Shown piece after piece: positions 10,606 through 21,849 of a stretch of 64,000 bases of DNA. The translations under genes and the position numbers were made by a program. Position 1 is the stretch's first letter, and every line of letters starts with the position of its first letter. This DNA is from an uncultured Nitrospiraceae bacterium (GTDB lineage: Bacteria > Nitrospirota > Nitrospiria > Nitrospirales > Nitrospiraceae). Below the pieces are notes generated by a model that saw only the letters and a list, made by a program, of their open reading frames with translations, was not told the DNA's origin and searched no databases. The stretch spans positions 480,001 to 544,000 of the forward strand of contig CAVPLT010000001.1 of the NCBI GenBank assembly GCA_963706325.1, read 5' to 3'.

Positions 10606-10830
10606 ATGACCAGTATGTATGCCGGGATTATCTTGACTATACTTCTGCTGAGCTCGGCTTGTGGTCCCGATCAGGCGGCGCAACAGCTGGAGATCGCCCA
10701 GTTCGAAGAACGGCAGGGCAACAAGTCCCATGCGAAGGAACTCTACCAGGACATTATCATTCGATATTCCGACAGCCCTGCGGCCCAAACCGCCCGCACT
10801 CGACTGGCGGAACTTGCCGACAAGCCGTGA
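10606..10830 (+). CDS. Small lipoprotein with single TPR-like hairpin
   Basis: Lipobox LSSA-C; AKELYQDIIIRYSDSPAA; AAGGA RBS. Confidence 0.7.
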   Translation: MTSMYAGIILTILLLSSACGPDQAAQQLEIAQFEERQGNKSHAKELYQDIIIRYSDSPAAQTARTRLAELADKP

Positions 10831-10833
10831 CTG

Positions 10834-11631
10834 TCACGGCTGCCGCGGAAACCAAGGAATGAATGCGTTCGTCGTACGCTGGTACGTGGCGTACTCCTCG
10901 CCACGCGTCTCCATGGACTGGGCCTCGGTCCAGGGAATGCCGGTAATCTTCAACAATGCCACGCCCATAGCAACCGGACCGATCAGCGTCAGGCCCCAAT
11001 TTCCCATCGGGATGGCCAATCCCATCAGCACATAACTCCACCAGTGCAGCCATTCGAAGAAGTAGTTGGGGTGGCGGGAGTAGCGCCAGAGACCGATCCG
11101 GCACACACGGTCCTTGTTCCAGGCCTTACCACGGAAGGCGGCGAGCTGTCGGTCTGCGACGGTCTCTCCGATGACGGCCACGCTCCAGAGCAGAAACCCG
11201 GCCAAATCCCAGAAGTGAAATGGAGGATGCGGGTTCTGCATGACCACGAGCGGAGGGAGAGAAAATAAGGCGATAGCGGCCGCCTGCAGGTGAAAGTAAC
11301 CAAACATCCTTGTGGATGCCTGTTTGCCCCATCGAAGGCGCAGGCTGCGGTACCGTCCGTCTTCTGTCTTATTCCAAACGCGATCGACGAGCACATGTGT
11401 GCCAAGACGGACGGCATAGCAGAAAACCATTACTGCCACGAGCCACCGTCTGGCCGGTTCACCTGAAACGGAACTCGCGTACCACAGCACGACTAACGCC
11501 AAGCCGTAACACCACCCTACGTCGGCAATAGACGCGTTGCGCAATCGGCAATCAACGATCCAGAGCAACGCCATCACAATCGCCGAAGCAAGCCAGCCGG
11601 TTACGAGAAGTGAAAGAGGGTCCGTCGCCAT
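10834..11631 (-). CDS. DUF1295 / steroid 5-alpha-reductase-like membrane protein
   Basis: NASIADVGW, EDGRY, GLWRYSRHPNYFFEW, YQRTT. Confidence 0.9.
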   Translation of the reverse strand: MATDPLSLLVTGWLASAIVMALLWIVDCRLRNASIADVGWCYGLALVVLWYASSVSGEPARRWLVAVMVFCYAVRLGTHVLVDRVWNKTEDGRYRSLRLRWGKQASTRMFGYFHLQAAAIALFSLPPLVVMQNPHPPFHFWDLAGFLLWSVAVIGETVADRQLAAFRGKAWNKDRVCRIGLWRYSRHPNYFFEWLHWWSYVLMGLAIPMGNWGLTLIGPVAMGVALLKITGIPWTEAQSMETRGEEYATYQRTTNAFIPWFPRQP

Positions 11632-11819
11632 GGTTCGATCATCCAGAAGAAGTTGTGTAACCGAATTCGCCTCACAAGCTTACGACGCCTTTGGGCAAGA
11701 AGAAATCTCACGCTCGCGACGATGCACGAAGGCAAGCCGAACATGCGGTCTCGAAAAGATCTGTAGGTAGAGCGCGACATTCGCCGAATTCCGGCGTCTG
11801 TCCAAACATTACTCCAGAT

Positions 11820-12704
11820 CTATCGACTGTCGTAAGTTGGATCATCCCAGAAATCCTGGCCTGCCTCCCTGCGCGCAGTCATCCACTGTCGGAAACCCGG
11901 CAGGCGGAAGGAGAGGAGTCTTTGCATCTTGTCGCTGCGCATCGAGAGATCAGGCGGACGGGGCGGCCCTTTGTAGTCCGCCACAGAGCCAGGTTGAATG
12001 GCTGACGTGAGTTCCGGATACCAGCGCGTCAGCAGTTCGCCGATCTCCCATCGAGACAATCGCTCACAGCCCCCCAGATGGTACAGGCCCGATCGCTGCT
12101 GGGCGGCGAACTCCCAGAGCCCGCGCGCGAGGGCTCCTGCCGGGATCGGACAACGAAATTCGTCGGTGAAGAGCGTCAGTTTCGTTCCGTTCACAGCGGC
12201 CAGCACCATATCTTCAACGAAACTTCTGTCGCGAGTGGGCGATGTGCCGGCCGTCAAGGCAATGCGAATCACCGCGTGGGACGGATTCTGCAGTACGATC
12301 CGCTCCGCTTCCGCTTTGGTCTGTCCATACACGTTGAGCGGATTCACCTCGTCTGGTTCCACATAGTTCCCTTTCGTTCCATCGAAAACCTGATCGCTGG
12401 AAAGGAAGACGAACGGAAGGTCACGGGCCAAGTCCGCCAGCTGGGTAGTCGCATCGACGTTGATTCGCCTGGCTCGCGCCGGGTCTTGTTCACAGACCCC
12501 AGTTCGACTGAGCGCCGCGCAGTGTATGACAAGGTTGGGTCGGTGTCGCTGCCAAAGCGTCCTTATCTGGGTTGAATCAGTCAGATCCACCTCAGCCCTG
12601 GTCAGGCCTCGCACATCCCAATGGGGCACCCAGCGCGGGGCGGAGCGGACTAGATAGCCGCCGATGAGACCGGCCGCTCCGGTGATCAATGCGATTGGTT
12701 TCAT
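11820..12704 (-). CDS. RmlD-like extended SDR (dTDP-4-dehydrorhamnose reductase family)
   Basis: ITGAAGLIG, SSDQVFDG, YGQTK. Confidence 0.85.
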   Translation of the reverse strand: MKPIALITGAAGLIGGYLVRSAPRWVPHWDVRGLTRAEVDLTDSTQIRTLWQRHRPNLVIHCAALSRTGVCEQDPARARRINVDATTQLADLARDLPFVFLSSDQVFDGTKGNYVEPDEVNPLNVYGQTKAEAERIVLQNPSHAVIRIALTAGTSPTRDRSFVEDMVLAAVNGTKLTLFTDEFRCPIPAGALARGLWEFAAQQRSGLYHLGGCERLSRWEIGELLTRWYPELTSAIQPGSVADYKGPPRPPDLSMRSDKMQRLLSFRLPGFRQWMTARREAGQDFWDDPTYDSR

Positions 12705-13372
12705 CTGTTACCCCGACCCAGCCGCCTGATTTCCGGCACTTCAACCACTCGCGTCCGCGCCGGTACATGTTCAATGGACCAGACCATGGCGGCGAGCATC
12801 TCCCGAATCGTGACGAGGCCCAGTCGGGTCGCGGCATCACGCGTGGCGGGGAGACGTTCCAGCAGGGAGTACACCGGCAGTAAAGCCATCGGCCACCAAT
12901 GCCCGGGGCCGAGAATATACCAGGGCCTGAGGATGGTGGCGATCAATCCGGCCTTCTCGATGGCAGCTTCGCATTCCGATCGAACCGCAATATAGTCCTT
13001 CATCAAGGGAGCGGGATGAGCAACGCTCACATAGATAAAATGCTGCACCTTCGCTGCGCAGGCTGCACGAATCGCCGCCATGGCCGAGGGCCCGTCGATG
13101 GCGCGAAACTGGCAGCCCTTCCAGGGGGCTGGTTTCGGGATACCCACCAACTGAACGAAGGTGTCGCAGCCCTGCACTTGCTTGGTAAACGTCTGAGCCT
13201 CCAGCGGGTTACCGACGATGACGGAGCAGCCTGGGAGAACCTTCGAAGCGGAATCCCGGCGAGCCAGGGCGGTGACGTGATGGCCGCGACCGAGTAAGAG
13301 CGGAATAAGCCTGGATCCCAGATAGCCGGTCGCGCCGGTGATGAAGAGGCGGCGGGCGTTGGTTGATGTCAT
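12701..13372 (-). CDS. NAD(P)-binding atypical SDR (NDUFA9/NmrA-like)
   Basis: ITGATGYLG, ILRPWYILGPG. Confidence 0.85.
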   Translation of the reverse strand: MTSTNARRLFITGATGYLGSRLIPLLLGRGHHVTALARRDSASKVLPGCSVIVGNPLEAQTFTKQVQGCDTFVQLVGIPKPAPWKGCQFRAIDGPSAMAAIRAACAAKVQHFIYVSVAHPAPLMKDYIAVRSECEAAIEKAGLIATILRPWYILGPGHWWPMALLPVYSLLERLPATRDAATRLGLVTIREMLAAMVWSIEHVPARTRVVEVPEIRRLGRGNR

Positions 13373-14631
13373 GGATGTGAGAAAAGGGCGGGCGGGCTAG
13401 CGATGAAGCCGGCCCAGGTTGCGCTGTCCATAAGAGTTTCGCGGCCTTCTGCCACTAACCGCGCCGCTGCCTCGACCAACAAAGCCTGATCCTCCGTCGA
13501 CAACCCCAGGTTCGTTTTGATACCCGTCACGCGCGCTCCCAGCGGATCACGATCCGGCAGCTGGCGTAGCGCAATGTGCCAAAAGTGACAGGTCCCGCTG
13601 ACACCGTTCACTCCCACCTGGAAGGTGCCGAACATGGACACGTCCTGTTGCGCCGCGGGAATTCCAACGAGCTCCAGCACGTTCCGTCGATGGCCTCTGA
13701 GGAGAGCTGCGGCAGCGGAGAGCGGTTTGCGCGCCTCATTCAGCTGCCGACCCGTGGCATCGATAGAGATAATTAGACAGCCCCGAGGCAATATCTCAGA
13801 CATTGATTGCGCCGGCAGCGCATCGTTCACGACCTGCATCAGGGTCCGGATGCCGAGATTGTCCGCGGCGCCCCCGTCATAGGCCAGCAAAGAGAGCTGC
13901 TCGGACGGAGTACCGTCTACCGTCCCATAAGGAATGGCCAACGGCTCTAACACACCGGGATAGGCGGCGGACATGTACACCGCCCGAGCAATACTGAAAG
14001 GCGCCAGCGGCCGGTGCAGTGCCTGGAACGCCTCATCGGAGATAATGAACGGCTCGCCGGTGAGGGCATCAGTCGCATTTATCAAGAGGATCGGCTTGGA
14101 AGGGTTGAGATCGGCAAAGGTCGCGCCGTGAAACAATCGGTTGTCCAATACCTGAATGACTTGTTCGGCAGGGATCGTGTCGGTCAGGGCATATCGAATG
14201 GCATTCTGTGGTACTGCATACCAAGGCCCCAGCATGGCCCGTTGAAAATCGCGGCCGATCTGCTCCACGAATCCATTCTGAAAACTGAATTCACGGTAAC
14301 CCTCGAGCGCATAGGAGGCAGCAGGAAGGGCGCCGCCCGACACCGCCGAGAGGACATCGACCTGGGGCAACAAACCCACACGGTCAAGCTCCTTCATGAC
14401 CGCGGCGCCGAATACGGCCGCGCGACTACCTCCGCCCGAGAACGCCAGGCCAATGAAGCGACCATCGGCGAGTTCCCGAGCTCCCAGCTGAAAGGTGGCC
14501 CTGGTTGTCTGAATCTGAGGACTTATGGAGGAGAGAGTCGGCGATTCAAGAGCGTTACAAGATGAAGTGGCCACGGCCAGAACGGCGATCGGCAGCCCTC
14601 GACCTCTGAGAAGTCTGCGCAACATCCCCAT
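13369..14631 (-). CDS. Patatin-like phospholipase, probable lipoprotein
   Basis: SGGGSRA oxyanion motif, AVSGG nucleophile, YDGG; N-terminal signal ending in Cys. Confidence 0.85.
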   Translation of the reverse strand: MGMLRRLLRGRGLPIAVLAVATSSCNALESPTLSSISPQIQTTRATFQLGARELADGRFIGLAFSGGGSRAAVFGAAVMKELDRVGLLPQVDVLSAVSGGALPAASYALEGYREFSFQNGFVEQIGRDFQRAMLGPWYAVPQNAIRYALTDTIPAEQVIQVLDNRLFHGATFADLNPSKPILLINATDALTGEPFIISDEAFQALHRPLAPFSIARAVYMSAAYPGVLEPLAIPYGTVDGTPSEQLSLLAYDGGAADNLGIRTLMQVVNDALPAQSMSEILPRGCLIISIDATGRQLNEARKPLSAAAALLRGHRRNVLELVGIPAAQQDVSMFGTFQVGVNGVSGTCHFWHIALRQLPDRDPLGARVTGIKTNLGLSTEDQALLVEAAARLVAEGRETLMDSATWAGFIASPPALFSHP

Positions 14632-14745
14632 ACATTACTATACGGGTAACCTCTTCAAATGGATGTCCGTTCCAACGAGGGCCACGTAGTCGGTGCGAGC
14701 GCTTGAGCAATCCGTCTCGACTCTGACCACAAGCCGGAGACAGAA

Positions 14746-16428
<1,683 letters not shown>

Positions 16429-16508
16429 GCGCTCCCCTATGATGGTGTGAGACTGAGTTGAGAAGAAACATTTTGCAGGATGCTAAGAGGGGCCGGTTCA
16501 CCCACCTG

Positions 16509-17315
16509 CTACAGCGAATGCAGGGCTTGAAGACCCTGTTTGGCCTGAGCCCCCATACCGGCGAGGCCGGCTCGCACCTCCTGAGCATTACGCACCGGAT
16601 TGGCGAAGGCGACTCGTCCCCCCTGCATGCGATCGGCTGTTTTGATCCGAAGGTGAAAGCCCAGGCGATCCAGCGCGGTCATCGTCACTTGCTGCGCCTC
16701 CACATTGCCGTATACGCGGGCGAGGAGCAACAGCGTGGAAGTCTGTTGCTCATTCATTTCTTGGATCAAACTCGATGCTTGGTCGGCGAGGGGGTCCACC
16801 GCTGCCGCCGCATAGTCTTTCGACGTGACCCAGCCCATCGACCCAAAGCCTCCGACAAAATAGATATCCTCGATGGCCAGGCGAAAAAACCCAAAGTCGT
16901 CAAAGTCCACCCAGTAGGAGGCGTTGGCATGCCGAGCCAGATAGAGCTCACGAACCTGCGAAACCTCCCCGCTGGGCACCTTCGTCGCCGAGCCCATCAA
17001 TGTGACCCTGGCAGCCCCCAGTGGATCGGTTCGGCTTTCAGGCGGCGTCACCAACAAACTGGCGCGTGGATCACCCAGAAGATTCTGCGTGTGCATGGCC
17101 ATGGTACTGATGAGGAACACCGGTTGCCCCTGTTCGTCCAACCCATAGGGCATCACCGACCCGAACGGCCAGCCTGGCTGTTTCCGTGAGAGGGTGGAGA
17201 GACTGCCCGTCTGTTGCAAATGAACCAATGTCCTGGCCCGCTCGGCGTGGGACGGTTCGGGCACATCAGGACCGTCTGAATCTGGTCCGCTATTATGCTG
17301 TCGCGATGATGACAA
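16509..17315 (-). CDS. HugZ/PNPOx-like split-barrel protein with C-terminal DUF2470-like domain
   Basis: GWPFGSVMPY, MAMHTQNLLGDPRASL, YFVGGFGSMGWV; probable TTG start after GAGG. Confidence 0.85.
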   Translation of the reverse strand: MSSSRQHNSGPDSDGPDVPEPSHAERARTLVHLQQTGSLSTLSRKQPGWPFGSVMPYGLDEQGQPVFLISTMAMHTQNLLGDPRASLLVTPPESRTDPLGAARVTLMGSATKVPSGEVSQVRELYLARHANASYWVDFDDFGFFRLAIEDIYFVGGFGSMGWVTSKDYAAAAVDPLADQASSLIQEMNEQQTSTLLLLARVYGNVEAQQVTMTALDRLGFHLRIKTADRMQGGRVAFANPVRNAQEVRAGLAGMGAQAKQGLQALHSL

Positions 17316-17611
17316 CGATGCCTCTTTTCTGTGCAATAAGTTGCGGGACACCATACCCTGGATGCGACGTGAATTTCCACTGAAGGCGGGGGCCGGCGAG
17401 AGCCAGTGTCTGGTTCTCTTCTGACGATCTTAGATCCCCAAATCTTCCGTGAGCCGCACTTCGGATTCTTCAAGGATCTCTTCCAAGCAGGTGAAACAGG
17501 TGAATGGAAACTGACTGACTGGAACGGCACAGACTTCGCCAATCGGCGACTCATCCAACGCGGGGCCTCCGCATTCTTTATGGATCAGGACCAACATTCG
17601 ATTCCTTTCGA

Positions 17612-18364
17612 TTAGCGAGTCACCAATCGCCTGAACGTATCCAAATGCTCAGGACTGCTCAGGCGATGGTCGCCCGTCTTCAACAACAACTCGATGGGAA
17701 ACTCACGATCCTGCGAGAGCACGTGATGAACGAAGTCCCAGCTTCCTTCCGGCCTGATAACCGTATCTTGCAAACCGTGCAGAATGGTCGTCTTCACGCG
17801 GCGCGGCTGGCTGTGCCGGCGGCTCCAGAGCGCTTGGCTGTCCACAACCCAATGCCAGGGAATCGGCGCGACTTGATGCATGGGCTCGTCGTCCCAGGGC
17901 ATGACGCCGGTCGATTGCCACTGCTCACGCCTCTCGGCTGAAATCTGCGCTGCGCGCAGGTCCATCATATTGAATGCCGGGGCGATCAGAATCAATTCTT
18001 CCACCGCCGGCTGTTCCTGAGCCACCAGCCAAGCCAACCAGCCCCCGAGCGAATTGCCGACAATCGTGACCGGCGGGCCATCGGCCAGGAGACTGGTAAC
18101 GGCCTCCGCATCCTCCAGCCATTGCAGCAGACGATACTCGCCCCACTTTCCATCCGAATCGCCCCACCCGCGAAAATCGAAACAACAGAACCCCCATCCT
18201 CGCTCCTGGCACCATTGCGCCAGCGCCTTGCTCTTATTGCCCCACCGTTTGGATAGGAATCCCGTGATGAACAAAATTTGGCGGTCTTTGCCGGACGTGC
18301 GGTTGCCGCGTATGAGTTTGTGGTCAGCGCCTTGGAGTTCGAAGCTCGTCGCATCAGCGGTCAT
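17612..18364 (-). CDS. Alpha/beta hydrolase (ABHD10-like)
   Basis: FDFRGWGDSDG, GNSLGG, LHGLQD, GDHRLS. Confidence 0.9.
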   Translation of the reverse strand: MTADATSFELQGADHKLIRGNRTSGKDRQILFITGFLSKRWGNKSKALAQWCQERGWGFCCFDFRGWGDSDGKWGEYRLLQWLEDAEAVTSLLADGPPVTIVGNSLGGWLAWLVAQEQPAVEELILIAPAFNMMDLRAAQISAERREQWQSTGVMPWDDEPMHQVAPIPWHWVVDSQALWSRRHSQPRRVKTTILHGLQDTVIRPEGSWDFVHHVLSQDREFPIELLLKTGDHRLSSPEHLDTFRRLVTR

Positions 18365-18369
18365 GGTGA

Positions 18370-19077
18370 TTATCCTGCGGCATGCGCGAGGACGAGCAAG
18401 AGCAGCGCCGGACAGCCGAGCCGATTCTTCCAGGTCTCTCGGCGAGCGACGAGTTGTTGGTCCACAGGCGGCTCTCGGAGTTGCTCGACAGATAAATGAG
18501 CCTGTGCGACGGCGGCGAGGATGTCTCGGATTTCATGGATCGTGCCTTGCGTATGAAACTCCCGGCCTGCCGCCGTAAATTTTACCGTCGGCCCGGTCAG
18601 TCGCTGCATGTCCGGATGCACCGCGGTCACGATGGCACGACCGCCTGGTTTGAGCGTTTCGGCAATGCCCCCGAAAAACCGCCGGAGATCGTGGACGTGG
18701 TCTAACACCAGCCCGGATACCACCCGATCGAAACTTCTCGCATGAAAAGGCAGACACTCGACCGACGCTTGCACCCATCTCGCCGCGATGGTGGCCGATG
18801 TCTGCCGCCTGGCTCGCGCGAGCATGCCTCGAGACAAGTCGACCCCGACAGCGTACGATCCGTGGCCCACCAGCCGGAGGTAACGTCCTGTCCCGCAGCC
18901 AAGATCCAGAATACGACAGCCCTCAAACGGCTGGATCACAGACAACAGAAACGGCTGATCGAGCAGCGTCGAAGGATCTTCCTCGTCGTAATGTTCCGCC
19001 CATTCATCATAGGCCGGCTGCGGGGGAAGAAACCCCGCTGTGCTTCGCTCCTCTTCGCTGCTCATGTCGTCAACCAT
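18370..19077 (-). CDS. Class I SAM-dependent methyltransferase
   Basis: LDLGCGTG, GVDLSRGML, LKPGG. Confidence 0.9.
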   Translation of the reverse strand: MVDDMSSEEERSTAGFLPPQPAYDEWAEHYDEEDPSTLLDQPFLLSVIQPFEGCRILDLGCGTGRYLRLVGHGSYAVGVDLSRGMLARARRQTSATIAARWVQASVECLPFHARSFDRVVSGLVLDHVHDLRRFFGGIAETLKPGGRAIVTAVHPDMQRLTGPTVKFTAAGREFHTQGTIHEIRDILAAVAQAHLSVEQLREPPVDQQLVARRETWKNRLGCPALLLLVLAHAAG

Positions 19078-19088
19078 TGGACCATGTC

Positions 19089-19802
19089 CTACACGAATAT
19101 TTTTCTGATGAATAGCCCGAGCCGCCGCAATACTACCTCCGGTATCTCATGGCCGCCACGGAATGGCTGCCAGTCAACGTTCATTTTCGCCTGCAGAAAC
19201 TCATCCCGCAACCGTTCTGCCATGACGTAATCCAAGATAGGGTCCTGTGTCCCGTGGCTTTGAAACACCGACATGCCCTTGCGTTTGACCATGAGTGGAT
19301 TCCATTCCTGCTTGGCAACCAGAGTTCCGGACAGCTGAATCAAGCCCGCATAGAGTTCGATGCTGTGGAGGAGCGCATCGCAGGAGAGCATCGCGCCTTG
19401 TGAAAATCCGCCCAGAACCGTCCGTGCGGGATCCGTGCCGAACTTGCGGTAAATATCGTCCAGTAGCGTCTTCATGCGCTCGCGCGCCTCGGAAAGGCCG
19501 CGCGGTATTTCATTCGACATGTCCCGGCTTTTCCCCGCAGCCCGATCCGCTTGAATCCTGGCCATGTCGATCATCCACCAGGCGCGGGAATCGCCGAAAC
19601 CCATGGGAATGGAAATCGGCGCCTCAGGGAAGAGAAAGCGCGTGCCGGCGGGCGCATCAAGATATTCGCTGAGGGCCACCAGGTCGTCTCCCGGCGCCCC
19701 GAAGCCGTGGAGCAAGACGACGAGGGGGCCAGCGCCTGCACCCTTCCCGTCGGTTCCTCCCGTGATGCGGACTGTCAGGCCGCCGAGTTTATCTACGCGC
19801 AT
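19089..19802 (-). CDS. Phospholipase/carboxylesterase
   Basis: LLHGFGA, GGFSQG, HGTQDP, GGHEI. Confidence 0.9.
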   Translation of the reverse strand: MRVDKLGGLTVRITGGTDGKGAGAGPLVVLLHGFGAPGDDLVALSEYLDAPAGTRFLFPEAPISIPMGFGDSRAWWMIDMARIQADRAAGKSRDMSNEIPRGLSEARERMKTLLDDIYRKFGTDPARTVLGGFSQGAMLSCDALLHSIELYAGLIQLSGTLVAKQEWNPLMVKRKGMSVFQSHGTQDPILDYVMAERLRDEFLQAKMNVDWQPFRGGHEIPEVVLRRLGLFIRKIFV

Positions 19803-19851
19803 GAGTCAGGTCTCCTGTTTTACCTGTTACGTGCGATGCCGGAGGGGGTAG

Positions 19852-21330
19852 CTACGACGAACAACTGACGCTGAGGTGCTTACCCCAGTTCGGCGGCGCG
19901 GCGGCGTACGCTTCCATGCCGGCCTGTTCCACATAGGGATTCTGCAGCAGCTGCAAGAGGCGGTCGATCTCCGAATAGTCTTTCTGCTGAGCCTTTTCGA
20001 TGGCCCCTTGGGCGAGATAATTACGAAGAATGTACTTGGGATTGACGCGGTCCATTCGCCCACGGCGATCTTCATCTATGCTCTGCTCGCTTTGTAACCG
20101 TTCACGATATTGCCCGGCCCAGGCATCGAACCGATCCGGATTCAGGAAGTGTTCGCGCAGCCGTTCGTTCTTGGCGTCCGTGGCGGATGAAAACGTCCCG
20201 AGCTCGCGCCAGAATATCGTATAGTCCACGCGGCTTCCCACCAGCAGCGATTTGAGATCCTGCAACAACTCTTCATCTCCCGCCTGTTGATCAACCAGCC
20301 CCAACTTGGCTCGCATGAGGTCGCGATAGTGCCGGTCGACGCTTGTCTGATACCCATCCATGGCCGCCTTCAGCGCCTCCTTGGGCGCGAGCGGCAAGAG
20401 AGTCTGCGCCAAACAACTGAGGTTCCACAGGCCGATATAGGGCTGTTGGTTAAACGCGTAGCGTCCGTTGTAATCGGAATGATTGCAAATGAAACCGGGA
20501 TCGTAATCGTCCATGAAGCCGTAGGGCCCATAGTCGAGCGTGATGCCAAGGATCGACATGTTGTCGGTATTCAACACGCCATGCGCCCACCCGACTGCTT
20601 GCCACTGCGCGACCAATCTTGCGGTGCGCTCGACCACCTCGGCGAAAAAGCTGACATACGGTTCCGATTCATCCAGCAACTGTGGAAAATGCTGGGCGAT
20701 CACATAGTCGGCCAGGACTTTCAGATGCTCATGCTGCTTACGGTAGTAGAAAATCTCAAACGTGCCGAACCGCACATGCGACGGGGCCATGCGGACGATC
20801 GTTGCGCCGGTTTCGACTTGCTCGCGATACACTTGGTCGTCGCTGCCCACCAGGCATAAGGCCCGCGTCGTTGGAATGCCCAGCCCATGCATGGCTTCGC
20901 AGCAGAGATATTCACGGATCGCCGAACGGAGCACGGATCGCCCATCCCCATCGCGAGAAAACGGCGTCATCCCCGCCCCCTTAAGGTGCAGGTCCCATCG
21001 TTCGCCACGCTCATTCTTCACTTCCCCAAGTAGAATCGCCCGACCGTCACCGAGCTGCGGCACGTAGACCCCGAACTGATGACCGGAATACACCATCGCC
21101 AGCGGCTCCATGCCCGGCACCAAAAGACTTCCTCCGAACACTCCCGCGAATTCCGAACGTGTCGTCTCATGGAAGTCGAGATCGATCAAAGCCGCCGCGG
21201 ATGGATTCGCGCTGATGAGAAACGGCGCCGTGGAAAATGGCGTGGGGTTCACTTTGGCGTAAAAGACCTCCGGCAAGCGCGCATAGCTGTTGTCGAAAGT
21301 CAGTGATTCGAGCGTAAGGGAATGGGTCAT
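19852..21330 (-). CDS. selO: Protein adenylyltransferase SelO/YdiU
   Basis: YSGHQFG, LGDGRA, HGVLNTDN, DYGP, C-terminal SCSS. Confidence 0.95.
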   Translation of the reverse strand: MTHSLTLESLTFDNSYARLPEVFYAKVNPTPFSTAPFLISANPSAAALIDLDFHETTRSEFAGVFGGSLLVPGMEPLAMVYSGHQFGVYVPQLGDGRAILLGEVKNERGERWDLHLKGAGMTPFSRDGDGRSVLRSAIREYLCCEAMHGLGIPTTRALCLVGSDDQVYREQVETGATIVRMAPSHVRFGTFEIFYYRKQHEHLKVLADYVIAQHFPQLLDESEPYVSFFAEVVERTARLVAQWQAVGWAHGVLNTDNMSILGITLDYGPYGFMDDYDPGFICNHSDYNGRYAFNQQPYIGLWNLSCLAQTLLPLAPKEALKAAMDGYQTSVDRHYRDLMRAKLGLVDQQAGDEELLQDLKSLLVGSRVDYTIFWRELGTFSSATDAKNERLREHFLNPDRFDAWAGQYRERLQSEQSIDEDRRGRMDRVNPKYILRNYLAQGAIEKAQQKDYSEIDRLLQLLQNPYVEQAGMEAYAAAPPNWGKHLSVSCSS

Positions 21331-21650
21331 ATGGCTCAGCTTCCTGGGGACTACGGAAAGTTGGTTGCAAGGTCGGTTCGAGCGTAAAGACGAACAGGTG
21401 TTCCCCGACCATTGCATGGATGTCGGTCTGAGGGCAAAGCTCTTCGCTCACCGTCACGACACAAAGGCGTTAACCGTCCTTCTTCTATGCCAGACTCGAT
21501 CATCATAGGAAAGTCGATTATAGCCATCACCGACCTCTTCCTCCAACCTCTTTAACGTCGCATCAGGCCTCACCCTGTTGATACGGACTTCGACCATACG
21601 ATACACTCAGGCGCACTTCACATGTGACGCGACAGCACCTTGACCAAATC

Positions 21651-21719
21651 ATGACTCTCAATCTGCAGAATAACGGCATGAGCATGGCGGCGGCGATTAT
21701 GGTCGCCAGCTCCGCCTGA
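21651..21719 (+). promoter_or_regulatory. Putative leader peptide of ilvA attenuator (MTLNLQNNGMSMAAAIMVASSA; alternative start 21678)
   Basis: Short ORF whose 3' TCCGCC can pair with either the upstream GGCGG or the terminator 5' arm GGCGGA. Confidence 0.6.
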
Positions 21720-21760
21720 GCCTGCCTGCGATCGAGCGCGTTTTCTACGCAAGCAATGAG

Positions 21761-21799
21761 GCCCTTGGCGGAACCGAATCCGCCAGGGGCTTTTTCTTT
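21761..21799 (+). terminator. Intrinsic terminator in ilvA leader
   Basis: 12-bp stem GCCCTTGGCGGA/TCCGCCAGGGGC, 6-nt loop, then TTTTTCTTT. Confidence 0.85.
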
Positions 21800-21849
21800 G
21801 TATGTGGCGCCGGAACTGATTCGAGCGGAGTTTGGAGAAAGGAGTGTGC

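Noticed and set aside
17406..17615. 69-aa plus-strand ORF in an intergenic gap
   Set aside because: Weak start context and no recognisable motif; cannot support as a gene
19852..19870. Selenocysteine in SelO C-terminus
   Set aside because: Ends SCSS followed by TAG; no in-frame TGA
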